From: Dehalococcoidia bacterium
GTDB taxonomy: Bacteria > Chloroflexota > Dehalococcoidia > Bin125
Direction: 5' to 3'
Assembly: GCA_963662615.2 (NCBI GenBank)
Contig: CAXXSR010000001.1
Span: 128,001 to 192,000, forward strand
Length of the DNA: 64,000 nucleotides
This document shows, in pieces, positions 10,537-20,487 of this stretch. The notes beneath the pieces are model-generated. The model did not search any database, had not been told where the DNA came from, and saw nothing but the letters and a program-made list of their open reading frames with translations. Each line of letters starts with the position of its first letter. The first letter of the stretch is position 1. The translations under genes were made by a program, and so were the position numbers.

Positions 10537-11325
10537 ATGGAGCTTCAGACCGTGCGCACCGAGCCGGGCGGTCTCAATGCCCACTACTATCGCGCGGGCA
10601 GCGGCGAGCCGGTGCTCTACCTGCATCACTTGGCGGGGTTGCAGAGCGGGGAGCCGGCCCTGGTGCGCCTGGCGGCGTCGTTCGACGTGATCGCGCCCTA
10701 CCATCCCGGTTGGGGGCCGGCCAAGGACGACCTGACGGCAGTGGAGAGTCCCCTGGACTTCGCCCTGTTCTATGCGGACTTTCTGGACGTGCTGGGACTG
10801 GAACGCGTGCACGTGGTCGGCATCAGTATCGGCGCCTGGCTGGGCGCGGAGCTGGCGGCGATCTTTCCGCAGCGCGTGCGCAAGCTGGTGCTGGTGAATC
10901 CCCTGGGGCAATGGCTGGCGGAGGCGCCGGGCGAGGATCCCTTCGCCCAGCATCCTGCCCGACCAACGGCCATGCTCTTCGCCGATCCGGACTCGCGTCA
11001 ATCCCTCCTGATGGAAGGCCAGGATCCCACCGAAGCCTACGTGCAGGAGGTGCTGAACCTTCGCGCCGGGGCGAAGTTCCTCTTTCCGATCCCGGATACG
11101 GGCATTGCGCGGCGCCTCGGCCGGATCCAAGCGGCCACGTTGGTCGTCACCAGCGAAGAGGACAAGGTGGTCTTGCCGCCCTACGGCCCGCTGTGGCAGT
11201 CGCAGATCGCGGGGGCGCATCTCGCCACACTGCCGCATGCAGGCCATCTCGCCGAATTGGATGCGCCGGAGGCCTTCGCCGCCTTGGTGTCCAACTTCAT
11301 CCTCCACGATCAGGCGGGGCAATAA
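10537..11325 (+). CDS. Alpha/beta-fold hydrolase
   Basis: GSGEPVLYLH, HPGWG, GISIG nucleophile elbow, D in EEDKVV, AGH; directly follows the LLM gene. Confidence 0.88.
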   Translation: MELQTVRTEPGGLNAHYYRAGSGEPVLYLHHLAGLQSGEPALVRLAASFDVIAPYHPGWGPAKDDLTAVESPLDFALFYADFLDVLGLERVHVVGISIGAWLGAELAAIFPQRVRKLVLVNPLGQWLAEAPGEDPFAQHPARPTAMLFADPDSRQSLLMEGQDPTEAYVQEVLNLRAGAKFLFPIPDTGIARRLGRIQAATLVVTSEEDKVVLPPYGPLWQSQIAGAHLATLPHAGHLAELDAPEAFAALVSNFILHDQAGQ

Positions 11326-11448
11326 TTCACGCTCCGCTCGCCACCGCGGCAGAACCACGGCCGCGTCGTTGCGATCCCGATCCTCGGGGGCCTCCATCAT
11401 CGCTCCGAGCGTGCCGCGGCCTGACGATCCGCATTTTGTGGTCTCACA
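11326..11448 (+). mobile_element. Integrase-core (IS481/IS3-like) transposase 3' remnant with terminal repeat
   Basis: GRVVAIPILGGLHHRSERAAA-stop then ...GCATTTTGTGGTCTCACA. Confidence 0.65.
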
Positions 11449-11452
11449 CGCG

Positions 11453-13060
11453 TCAGTCGTCAAACGGGCCGAGGACATCTACCGGCTGTCCGGGGATAGC
11501 ACCTCCCAGGTGCTCCTCGGAAAGCGCCCCAGGCACGATGTCGTGCGCCGGCATAAATCTCGCTACGAGCCCGGCGCCCAACAGCGCCACGGCTCCCGTC
11601 ACGATGTAGACGACGAACTGGGCGTCCACGAACGCCGACCCAGCGGCGGCGACCAGGTTCGTCCCGATGTCGCCGCCCAGGTCGTCCGCTATCTGGAGCG
11701 CCCCACCGATCGAGTTCCTCGCCGTGTTCGACGCCTCCGCCGACAGATCACTGACGGCGTCCGTCAGGCGCGACGAGTACATGGAATTCAGGATCGACCC
11801 GTAAATCGCGATCCCAAGAGCACCCCCTATCTGCCGAGTGGTATCGTTCAGTGCGGACGCCACACCCGCCTGCGCCTCCGGCACGGCGGCCATCACCGCA
11901 TCGGTGGCCGGCGCCATGGCATTCGCCATGCCGATGCCGACGACCAGCAGCAGCACCGCGATGACCCAGTAGGAAGTCGTCAGGTCGAGCACGGCCAGGC
12001 TCGCAATCGCGCCCGCCACCACCAGCATCCCGCCCGAAATGACCTTCCTCGAACCAAGCCTGCCCACCAGCGCGGCCGAGACGGGCGCGCCGATCATGAA
12101 ACCGAGTGCGAGGGGGACGAGCCGCAGCCCCGTGTCCAGCGGCGAGTAGTCACGCACGAACTGCAGGTACTGCGTGATGAGGAACAGCGTCCCCAGCATC
12201 GCCATGAAGACGATCCCGACCGCACCGGCGCCGGCCGACAGCCGTGCGTTCCGGAAGAGCCGGATGTCCAGCATTGGCTGCGGCGTGCGTAGCTCGTAAT
12301 AGACGAACAGCACGCCCGCGGCCGCCGCGGCCGCGAAGCCCCCGAGCGTGACTGGGTCGAGCCAGCCGCGCTCGGGCGCTTCGATGAGCGAATAGATAAG
12401 CGCGCTGAGTGCCGCCATCGAGATCACTGCGCCCGGAACGTCGATCTTCCCGGGCGATGGGTCCTTGCTCTCAGGGATCAGTAGGCGACTGCTGAGGAGG
12501 ATGACGGCGACGACCGGCAGGTTGATCAGGAAGATCGCGCCCCACGAAAACTCTTCCAACAGCCATCCGCCGAGGACCATCCCGATCGGAATCCCGAGGG
12601 CTGCGACGGCCGCCCAGATCCCGATAGCCCTGGCGCGCTCCGCGCGCGGAAAGACGTCCACCAGGATGGACAACGTCGACGGCATGATCAGCGCGCCGCC
12701 GATCCCCTGGCCAGCGCGCGCCGCGATCAGCTGTGAGCTCGTTTCGGAGAATGCCGCCGCCAGGCTCGCCGCCGCGAAGATCACCATCCCTGCTTCCAGG
12801 GCACGCCGCCTGCCGAACCGGTCGCCCAGGGTGCCCATCGTAAGCAAGAGGCCGGCGAACACGAGGATGTACGCGTTGATGATCCACTGTAGTGACGCCG
12901 CGGAGGCGTCAAGGTCACGCTGCAGCGTCGGAATCGCGACATTCAGGACCGTGACGTCGAGCGCAATGACGAGGAGGCTGAGCGAGAGCACTCCGAGTGT
13001 CCAGTAGCGACGCCGATACTTGCGTGAGTCGAGATCTGGCTGGGTCGCCGCATGTCCCAC
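11453..13060 (-). CDS. DHA2 (EmrB/QacA) family MFS efflux transporter
   Basis: LDVTVLNVAIP, WIINAY, GTLGDRFGRRR, WGAIFLINLP; GTG start after GGAAGGGG. Confidence 0.92.
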   Translation of the reverse strand: MGHAATQPDLDSRKYRRRYWTLGVLSLSLLVIALDVTVLNVAIPTLQRDLDASAASLQWIINAYILVFAGLLLTMGTLGDRFGRRRALEAGMVIFAAASLAAAFSETSSQLIAARAGQGIGGALIMPSTLSILVDVFPRAERARAIGIWAAVAALGIPIGMVLGGWLLEEFSWGAIFLINLPVVAVILLSSRLLIPESKDPSPGKIDVPGAVISMAALSALIYSLIEAPERGWLDPVTLGGFAAAAAAGVLFVYYELRTPQPMLDIRLFRNARLSAGAGAVGIVFMAMLGTLFLITQYLQFVRDYSPLDTGLRLVPLALGFMIGAPVSAALVGRLGSRKVISGGMLVVAGAIASLAVLDLTTSYWVIAVLLLVVGIGMANAMAPATDAVMAAVPEAQAGVASALNDTTRQIGGALGIAIYGSILNSMYSSRLTDAVSDLSAEASNTARNSIGGALQIADDLGGDIGTNLVAAAGSAFVDAQFVVYIVTGAVALLGAGLVARFMPAHDIVPGALSEEHLGGAIPGQPVDVLGPFDD

Positions 13061-13082
13061 TGTGGTAGCCCCTTCCTGAATC

Positions 13083-13240
13083 TGTGGGCCACGAACACTC
13101 GATCGTGCCTCAGGCCGCTCACTGATAGACGTGATCCAATCCTCCGGGCACGGGCGTGGCGATGATTCGGCCCGCGCCCGCCCGCACTGGTCGAGAACTG
13201 TTGGGCGGCTCCAAGTCCAACGTCTAGTGCGTGGTCCGAA
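13083..13240 (-). mobile_element. Second integrase-core transposase 3' remnant with terminal repeat, inverted relative to the one at 11326
   Basis: Manual translation TH*TLDLEPP...GRIIATPVPGGLDHVYQ*AA* then ...GTGTTCGTGGCCCACA. Confidence 0.6.
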
Positions 13241-13379
13241 GCCCAAATTGCGGGCGCATGCAGGGGGAGGAAGGTGCGCCGATCGCGATCGGTGAGCGGG
13301 AGCCGCCGCCGGGATCACCGGCAGACCTCCAATTGAGCGCTGGCTCCGTGCGGGCTGTTGGCATGCTTCTGTCCTCGAA

Positions 13380-13480
13380 GTAACTGCTTGATATTTAGAA
13401 GTTACAAGCCAAACTAAAGGTCTAACTTTATAAAGTCAAGTTATGAATTCTCATTGAGCAGTGTGAGCTATACTTCTTAT
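13380..13480. promoter_or_regulatory. AT-rich divergent promoter/operator region
   Basis: Inverted repeat GTAACT-N14-AGTTAC (13380-13405); perfect palindrome ACTTTATAAAGT (13425-13436); -10 TATACT (13469-13474) 6 nt before the ATG at 13481. Confidence 0.65.
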
Positions 13481-14176
13481 ATGCCAAAGGACTATCACCA
13501 GTTCTGCCCGATGGCACGGAGCCTCGAACATGTTGGCGAGCGCTGGACGCTCCTGGTCGTGCGCGATCTGCTGTGGGGCCCGATGCGCTACTCCGACCTC
13601 GAGAGGAGCCTCGTCGGCATCGGCTCGAACCTGCTGTCAAGCCGGCTGAAGGATTTGCAGGCCGCCGGCATCGTCGAGAAGTACGACCTGCCCCCGCCGG
13701 CCGCCTCCACGGTCTACGCGCTCACCGACCTCGGTCGCGAGCTGCGGCCAGTGCTGCAGGCGCTGGCGACGTGGGGCCTGAATTTCCTGCACGAGCAGCC
13801 GCTCGACCAGATCGACTTCGTAGAGGCGCTCGCCACCCGGGCACCGCTCGCGTTGAGGCGCACGCCTCCGACCGAGGAGTGGTACGAGTTCGTGATCGAC
13901 GGCTGCACGGCCGCTGTCCACGCCGGCCCGGGCATTTTTGAGGTGAGCGAGGCTGCCCCTCGCACGCCCGACGCGCGCATCACTGCAACACCTGCGCACT
14001 TCATGAGGATCGTGGAGTCCTCCCGCACCATCGCTGACGCCGTCGAGGCCGGAGACATTGCCGTCCAGGGCGACCTCGCCGCCGCGGAGCGCGCGGTCAG
14101 GCTCTTCCGCATGCCCGGCATCCAGCCGGAGGTCGCGACGGAGATGCTGGCGGAGGCCAAACTACAGCCGCCGTAA
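13481..14176 (+). CDS. HxlR-family winged-helix regulator with C-terminal SCP2-like domain
   Basis: YHQFCPMARSLEHVGERWTLLVVRDL...VYALTDLG; C-terminal PDARITAT...AVEAGDIAVQGD. Confidence 0.88.
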   Translation: MPKDYHQFCPMARSLEHVGERWTLLVVRDLLWGPMRYSDLERSLVGIGSNLLSSRLKDLQAAGIVEKYDLPPPAASTVYALTDLGRELRPVLQALATWGLNFLHEQPLDQIDFVEALATRAPLALRRTPPTEEWYEFVIDGCTAAVHAGPGIFEVSEAAPRTPDARITATPAHFMRIVESSRTIADAVEAGDIAVQGDLAAAERAVRLFRMPGIQPEVATEMLAEAKLQPP

Positions 14177-14404
14177 GAACCTCTGGCAGCTGATGGGCGA
14201 GACCGGCGAGTGGACGATACGGCATGCCGAGCTCGCCAGGTGGGGTCGGATACCATCGCTGCCCTCCCAGCGGCAAGGATAGCGGCGGGGCCGTCGCTCG
14301 GCGGCGAACCAGCAGTAGCGCCAGTCGCGCCCGTATTTTTTGAGGTGCCCGCCACCAGATGGGAATGAGGTTGGGGCACCCTACAGATCTGCGCTCCATC
14401 TCAA

Positions 14405-14700
14405 TACCAGCAATGGTGAGCGATGCCGCTGCGCCCAGTGCCGCGGCCGTACGCAGATGGTTCGATGCCGCCCACTCTCCGACGCAGCGTCGCCAGATCC
14501 CGGCGCTGTCGGCGTGCTCAGGATTGACGGCCGCCAGCGCGTCGTTGCGCGGCATACATTGAACGCCCCCGTCACCAAAACGGCTCCGATGACGGAGAGG
14601 GCCCTGCCGACACGCTGATAGAACAGCTCCGGTTCTTCCCATCCAAACGCGGATAAGACGGCCTTGGCGACACAGACCAGCGCCGTACCGAAAAGCGCGC
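14405..14700 (-). pseudogene. DUF1772/anthrone oxygenase-like membrane protein, 5'-truncated and frameshifted
   Basis: ALFGTALVCV...IGAVLVTGAFNV, frameshift, PRNDALAAVNP...W...EWAASNHLRTAAALGAAASL. Confidence 0.65.
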
Positions 14701-15042
14701 TTACTCGTAGACGTGGTTGGGCAGGAACTCGACCTGCTTGACCTCCATCTTCCCCTGGTTGTAGTTGATCCCGGTTTCGTCGTGCCCGGGGAAGACGAAG
14801 GCGTCCGTCTCCTTGGCGATGCCCTCGATCTTCGTCATCGAGGCGGCGGCGTTCTCATTGCTGAAGTTCACGAAATTGGGAAGGTATGGCGGGCCGTAGG
14901 CGTCGTGGGTTGCGATCGCGTCGCCGGTCAAGATCGCCCAGCCCGTGTGGTCCAGCTTCGTCACGATCCCCATCGAACCGGGCGTGTGCCCCGGCAGGCT
15001 GATTGTCCAGAGGTCCTTCAGGATCTCCTGGTCGCCGTACAT
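14701..15042 (-). pseudogene. C-terminal fragment of an MBL-fold (AHL lactonase AiiA/AttM-like) hydrolase
   Basis: LPGHTPG, ILTGDA, FPGHD present; the N-terminal HxHxDH motif is absent. Confidence 0.7.
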
Positions 15043-15292
15043 CAGCGTGGGACGCTTTCGTGACAGGCGATGCGGAGGCCGACCTCGCCGCGCCGGAGCA
15101 GACGGTGCGGGATCTGGCGGTCAAGCTCGTGCCCCGGCTGCGAGTTGCCTGCGTCACCGATCCGCTTGACACATGCCGCTAGCCGAGCATCCATGTCATC
15201 GATGGGCCTTCCAACTGTCGCAGCTGCGCACCCGAGCTCCGCGGCGAACCCGCCTCACCTGCGTTTCCGCCGGCGCCGATGGAACGAGAGTG

Positions 15293-15330
15293 AATCTCTA
15301 TTTCGGACAGACCTGTCCGACATAGGATGG
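15293..15330. repeat. 38-bp palindrome family, copy 5
   Basis: AATCTCTATTTCGGACAG-AC-CTGTCCGACATAGGATGG. Confidence 0.85.
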
Positions 15331-15934
15331 GGCTGCGCACAGAGGAACAGGCCACGGCAACCGGAGGTACTGCGGGCGCTGCCGCGGATGCACCTCCTCC
15401 GGCCTCCGCAGCTGCTAGCCTCAACCAGGCGGGCCGTCGCCATCACGGGAACTGAAATCAGCCCTTCGTTGCCCGATCATCAGTGCGTCCACGAGAAGAC
15501 GAACTCTCCCGAGGTGCTTCGCTCGGTCGCGGATGGAGTTGCGCTACCCGATGACGTCAAACTTCGCCACGTCTGGCGGTGTCCGCACTGCGGGCATGTG
15601 GACCGGATCGGTCTGGTGAACGCGCGGCACGTGCACCCCGCGATCGTGCGGCGCATCGAGACATGGCTGGCGGGCCAGGAACGACAGGCGAAGTGAATAC
15701 AAGCGGTGGCTCCCCGGTCAGCGCGATCGCTATCGGTAATCGTCGCGGGATGACTCATTACACCTGACAAGGCGAGGGAGGGCAAGACCCTCTTTCCATC
15801 TGGAAGACAACGTCTGAATCCGAAGCAGATGGAGTTTTGAGCCCAGCACCTCGGCCCCGGAGCCGGAGCTGGCGGAGCAGAAAGTCGATCATTCTCGCGC
15901 CCGCTGGCGCCGCGGGGACTGAGAATCGGACCAG

Positions 15935-15973
15935 CCATCCAGAGTCGGACAGATCTGTCCGACATAGAGTTCG
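15935..15973. repeat. 38-bp palindrome family, copy 6
   Basis: ...AGAGTCGGACAG-AT-CTGTCCGACATAGAGTTCG. Confidence 0.85.
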
Positions 15974-16135
15974 GCATCGTTCCCGGAGCTCTAGACGTCG
16001 ACAAGAGAATTCCCGAGTCGCTGCCTTTCCAGCTGTGCTTCCTCCCGCGTTCCCATCTCCGAGGCGCCGCTCGACTCCGGTGGGCGCAGTGCAAAGTCCG
16101 GATCTGGGCTCACGATGGGGTCTGGAGACAGCACA

Positions 16136-16158
16136 GGATGGAGTTTTGGGCCGGCACA
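16136..16158. mobile_element. Orphan IS-type terminal repeat (related copy at 15827-15849)
   Basis: Reverse complement TGTGCCGGCCCAAAACTCCATCC. Confidence 0.5.
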
Positions 16159-16242
16159 GGTGGCCAGGACTCGCGTTGCGGGTCCGACGGTGATGGTTGC
16201 CCTGGTGATGATCGTATCTGCCGATGCCGCGGGGGATGTCCA

Positions 16243-19200
16243 TCAGGGCGCCGGTTGTTCCCAGTCAGCTTGCCGCGAAGCGAGCACCCAGACGCCCTCA
16301 CCGTGTCTGAAGGTCGTCGCTGTGTTCAAGAATGCCGGCGCGCCGGGCGTGAACGAGCGGAATTGCTGCGTTGCCGCGTCCCACGTGAACACGGCCTGGG
16401 CGACGTCACCCAGCCCCTCCAGCGCGTCAGCGACGCTCGCGCCATCGGGACCGGTCCATGCGACGAGATTGAACCCCGGCAGCAATGGAACCATCCGCGC
16501 TTCGGTCACGGGGGCCAGGCTCCACCTCCCGCCTCCGGGCACGTTGATCCAGACGCCGTCTCCGGCCCGCAGTTCGCTTAGGGAGTTGAGGAACGCGGGT
16601 GCGCTGGGATCGAACGAGCGAAAGCTCTGCGCCACTGCGTTCCATGTGAAGATTGCCGACGGCGTCCCGTCGATCGCAGCGAGCGCGTCGATGATCGACG
16701 TCGTCGCCGGCGTTCCGACCAAGTTCCATCCCGCTGCGAGGCTCTGCACTCGAGTGCTCGCGGAAATCGTGAACGCGAGTTCCGATTCGTTTCCGGCGAG
16801 GTCGCTCACCGTGAGGACGCCGCTCTGTCCGGCGACAAGGGTGTCCGTCGTGGCGACAAAGGCCAACGCGGCGTGGTAGGAGGTGGCCACGTTCGCGCCA
16901 TCAACCACGACAGTGATGGTCGCAGTATCCACTCCGGACTCATCGTCCGACACGCCGGCAACAAACCCCTCCGCCGTCTGCAGGATCGCCAGCGAGGGGC
17001 CGCTGCTATCAACGCCGACCACAAAGAGACCAAGCCGGTCAATCTCCGCTTGGACGCCGCGAACATCCGTGTTCACCATGGTTTGCAGCGGCTGCCAGCC
17101 TCCATGGGCCCAGCGATAGATCGCGAGGTCGTCCGCGACGGAATCGAACGCCTCGTCGTAGGCGATGGTGAGTGTGAGAGCAGGATCCGCCGTGGCGTCG
17201 AACGGGCTGACCTCAACGATGTCTGAGACGAAGAAGCCGGTCCCAAACTGTGCCGATCGGAGACGGTCGGCGGCCACCGCCGCATTGGGCTCGGCGCGCA
17301 CGCCCTGCGTTGCCAGGGATGCACTGCCAATGCTATTCGTCCTGGCTTCCACACTGAAGAAATCCATCACGTCACCGAGGAACGTCACGATGGTCCCGCC
17401 GGGGACGCCGGTGAGCACGACGCGCGTCCCGCCTTCATTCAGGGAATCGAAGGCGTCGCCCCCCAGCGTGGTCAGCGCCTCCCGCGCGTTCACGCGGTCG
17501 AAGGCCTCGCTCAGCGCACTGACGATCATGTCCGTCAGATCACCGTCACGATTGATGGTCGGACCCGCCGGGAAGTCGATCGCCGGCACGAACTGGCCGT
17601 CTTGGATGAGCCAGACTTGTGTGGTCTGGCGGTCGGTCGCTATCCACTCCCCGGTGAGTGACCCGGACAAGGAGATGCCGGCAAGGAGGTCCACTCTGGC
17701 GCCGAGGGCCAGAGGAATCTTGAGTCCCCGCCCTTCCGTGTTAATGATCGTCATCGTGCCCGGCACCGCTTCGACGGAGGCCTCCAAGAACCCCAAGAGC
17801 TGGAGCCAGTCGAATTGCGTGTCGAGCGTAGGGTCAAGGAGGACCCGCATCGTCGTCCAGAGAGGGGAGTTTTGAATCGCGTCCCCGTCGAATGCGTAGA
17901 TGATTCGATCCTTGAGGATGTCCTGAGTCTGCGTCTGATCGACGGACAACTCGAAGATCAGCTGGTCGAGGACGCCGGGTTGGCTGAATTCGAACTTCAC
18001 CACGGCGCTGGTGGCTCCCGTATCACGGATGGTGGGAGGGAGGAACTCGCTGTCGCCCGGGTCGATGAGGTTGGGGAAAATCAGGCTGGGCTGCGGAGTG
18101 AACGTCCCTTCGAACCCGAGATCGGCGCGAAAGATGATGGTGCCGCGATTCGTCACGAGGTCGGTTTGGAAACCGAGCGAGGCACTGGCGGTTCCTTTCG
18201 CCGAAACGCCAAGGCTGTATGGGTTGAGCTTGGGACTGCTCAGGATCGAAAACAGCCCTTTCACCTCCGCTTTCGCGCCGAGCGCCATGCCGGCTTCGTT
18301 CTTCACGAGGAAGGCATCGTAGCTTTGCGACAGGTCAAATCCGCCAATCAGGTCAATCAGCGCATCCGCTCTTGCGTCGTTCATCGCGATCGTGTCGATG
18401 GCCCCGGCCGCGAGGTATGCCGCCAGGGCTTGGCGCTGGTCGGGCTGCGTGAGGTCCGTCAGCCGCAGAACGCCCGTGTGGTATTCCCGGCTCTCGACCC
18501 CCACCTTCAGGCCCGCCGTGATGCTCGGCTGCAGCACGATCAGCTTGGCGCTCACGCCCAGCCCGCCTTGCAGACCGATGCCGTAGGTGACGGAACGTGT
18601 GCTCTCGACGAGCACGCTTCCATCTTTGGGCAACTCGAGAGCGAATCCGACATCCGATTTTTGCGAAAGATACAGACCTGCGCCCGCTTCAATTTTGGCG
18701 CTTCCGGTCGTTTCGAGACGGCTCTTCGTTTCCCGCTCGACGAGCTCGACCGTCATTGAGGGCCAGCCCTCGACGCTTTCGGCGACGTCGTCGTGCCAGG
18801 CGCGCGCGAAAGACACCGTCGAAGTACCGAGCGGCAAATCGCCACTCGGGATCTCGCAGAATAGCCGGCCGTCGGACCGGGTCGTGCACTCGCCGACGGG
18901 CTTCAACGTCGCGCGCACGTTTGTCGCCGGCAGGAGATCGTCTTCGTTGACGATGCGGAATTCGCGGAACAAGCGTGCGCCATGTTCCGCTTCGGGCGGG
19001 TAGTTGTATGGCTCGGACATGCGGACGGTGTCCGCCGCGTCCGGAATCGCGGTCTCGACGCGGATGTTGAACGCACCCAGGGACCAGATGGACTGATCCG
19101 CGCGGAGTCGGAAGGGGATCATCGTCCCGGGGGCGAAGTCACCGAGGAACAATTCGAGGGTCGACGGAGGGAGCACTTGCGCCAACGCTTCCTCGCCGCG

Positions 19201-19671
19201 ACCCGGGCTCCTCAGGTCGCCGGGTCTGGTCAGAACGCTGTCGTAGTTCTCGTCCACCCAAGTCCAGTAGAACCGGACGCGGGTGTCGATAGGCGTCACA
19301 TAGATCCGGTATTCAACACCGGGCTCCACCGGCAGCCAGTAGAACTCCATCATGTACTGTCGGAATTCATCCCATGCGCTGTCTGGCCCGCAGCCGGAAG
19401 TGTAGAACTGCGACGTGCACCCGTCGTTGGGAGCGTCATAGAACTCTGCCGGCGGCGATACGAGTTCCCCGCGCTGCGCAGCGCCATCCGGCTCCAGCGT
19501 CAGCGCGGTGGCGAAATCGGTCTGGAATTGCTCTGGCCCGTACCCTTCGATGTCGTTGGCAGCCGTTTGGGGGATGCTGCCAGGTCCGGAGCCGATCATT
19601 ACGGCTGTCACGGCGATAAGCAGCGTGGCGATAGCGGCGATTGTCAGGCGGCGAATTCCAGTCAGACTCAT
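16243..19671 (-). CDS. Large secreted/cell-surface protein (about 1140 aa) with two C-terminal GWNLV-type repeats
   Basis: Signal peptide MSLTGIRRLTIAAIATLLIAV; beta-rich body; tandem LxxG(W/F)NLV...FTW(N/D)AxxQxFRSFxPxAPAFLN...GxGVW. Confidence 0.8.
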   Translation of the reverse strand: MSLTGIRRLTIAAIATLLIAVTAVMIGSGPGSIPQTAANDIEGYGPEQFQTDFATALTLEPDGAAQRGELVSPPAEFYDAPNDGCTSQFYTSGCGPDSAWDEFRQYMMEFYWLPVEPGVEYRIYVTPIDTRVRFYWTWVDENYDSVLTRPGDLRSPGRGEEALAQVLPPSTLELFLGDFAPGTMIPFRLRADQSIWSLGAFNIRVETAIPDAADTVRMSEPYNYPPEAEHGARLFREFRIVNEDDLLPATNVRATLKPVGECTTRSDGRLFCEIPSGDLPLGTSTVSFARAWHDDVAESVEGWPSMTVELVERETKSRLETTGSAKIEAGAGLYLSQKSDVGFALELPKDGSVLVESTRSVTYGIGLQGGLGVSAKLIVLQPSITAGLKVGVESREYHTGVLRLTDLTQPDQRQALAAYLAAGAIDTIAMNDARADALIDLIGGFDLSQSYDAFLVKNEAGMALGAKAEVKGLFSILSSPKLNPYSLGVSAKGTASASLGFQTDLVTNRGTIIFRADLGFEGTFTPQPSLIFPNLIDPGDSEFLPPTIRDTGATSAVVKFEFSQPGVLDQLIFELSVDQTQTQDILKDRIIYAFDGDAIQNSPLWTTMRVLLDPTLDTQFDWLQLLGFLEASVEAVPGTMTIINTEGRGLKIPLALGARVDLLAGISLSGSLTGEWIATDRQTTQVWLIQDGQFVPAIDFPAGPTINRDGDLTDMIVSALSEAFDRVNAREALTTLGGDAFDSLNEGGTRVVLTGVPGGTIVTFLGDVMDFFSVEARTNSIGSASLATQGVRAEPNAAVAADRLRSAQFGTGFFVSDIVEVSPFDATADPALTLTIAYDEAFDSVADDLAIYRWAHGGWQPLQTMVNTDVRGVQAEIDRLGLFVVGVDSSGPSLAILQTAEGFVAGVSDDESGVDTATITVVVDGANVATSYHAALAFVATTDTLVAGQSGVLTVSDLAGNESELAFTISASTRVQSLAAGWNLVGTPATTSIIDALAAIDGTPSAIFTWNAVAQSFRSFDPSAPAFLNSLSELRAGDGVWINVPGGGRWSLAPVTEARMVPLLPGFNLVAWTGPDGASVADALEGLGDVAQAVFTWDAATQQFRSFTPGAPAFLNTATTFRHGEGVWVLASRQADWEQPAP

Positions 19672-19878
19672 TGGGCAGCTCGATCTCCATGGTGGTGAGG
19701 GGTGCAGATGCCCCGAGGGTCGCATAGGCCTCGCGATCGGGCACCATACGATCCTATTGGAGCGTTGAACCGGCTGGTATGAGGAGTGTTCCTAGTGCGG
19801 TGTGCGCTATCCCTCCAGTAAGCAGTGAAGGAGGTCTCAATCAGACGGGAAGCGTTGCGCACCGGTCGGCCGCTCTGG

Positions 19879-19897
19879 TGTGGTGTCTCAAAACTCC
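19879..19897. mobile_element. Orphan IS-type terminal repeat
   Basis: TGTGGTGTCTCAAAACTCC, related to the reverse complement of 16136-16158. Confidence 0.5.
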
Positions 19898-20029
19898 ACT
19901 CCCACCTGCGAGCGTAGGTGATTGACCCGATGAGGAACTTGACGCTTCGCAAACGCCGGACCGCATGAATGAAAATCCGCTGGTCATGCCATCGCGGGTC
20001 CAGACGAGTCCGCCGCGAGAAGGCTAGCG

Positions 20030-20210
20030 ACGCCGGGGGTCGTCATTTTCTCCGCCTCCGCCACACCTTCGCGATCTGGGCCATCGAGAACCACACCCGC
20101 GAGTTGGACGTGCAGTTCCTTCTCGGCCCCTCCCTTCGGCGATGGTGCGGCGCTACTCGGCGACGTACGACGCCGCCAAGGCGGCCGCAGCGCACGCGGC
20201 CTTTAGCACC
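20030..20210 (+). pseudogene. Tyrosine recombinase/integrase C-terminal remnant
   Basis: RLRHTFAIWAIENHTRELDVQFLLG(P for H)S, frameshift, MVRRYSATYDAAKAAAAHAAFS (box II and catalytic Tyr region). Confidence 0.8.
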
Positions 20211-20487
20211 CTCCTCCATATCGCCACCGACGGGCCGATCCAACGAGCATGGACGCCGCCATCGCGGTGGACCTCGCGGCTACGGTGCAGTCCCTGATGC
20301 TCGGCACGATCTACATCTTCGTGGGGTCGGTTCTGAGGGGTGCTGCTGGGCGTCGCCCGTATCGTGGTCCTCATCGCCGATCTCGGTCTCGTCCGGGTCG
20401 CGATCTGCGTCGGCCTGGCGGTGCTGCGGCAGTCGGTGCGTGCGCTCCCCACGGGGCAGACCCCGTCACATGATCTCCGCCGGCACC

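Noticed and set aside
13061-13364. MFS N-terminal extension and a 46-codon upstream ORF
   Set aside because: Both overlap a transposase remnant; no support as coding.
20249-20473. Small hydrophobic ORF(s) after the integrase relic
   Set aside because: Hydrophobic stretch is split across two frames with no recognisable family; at best a membrane-protein fragment.
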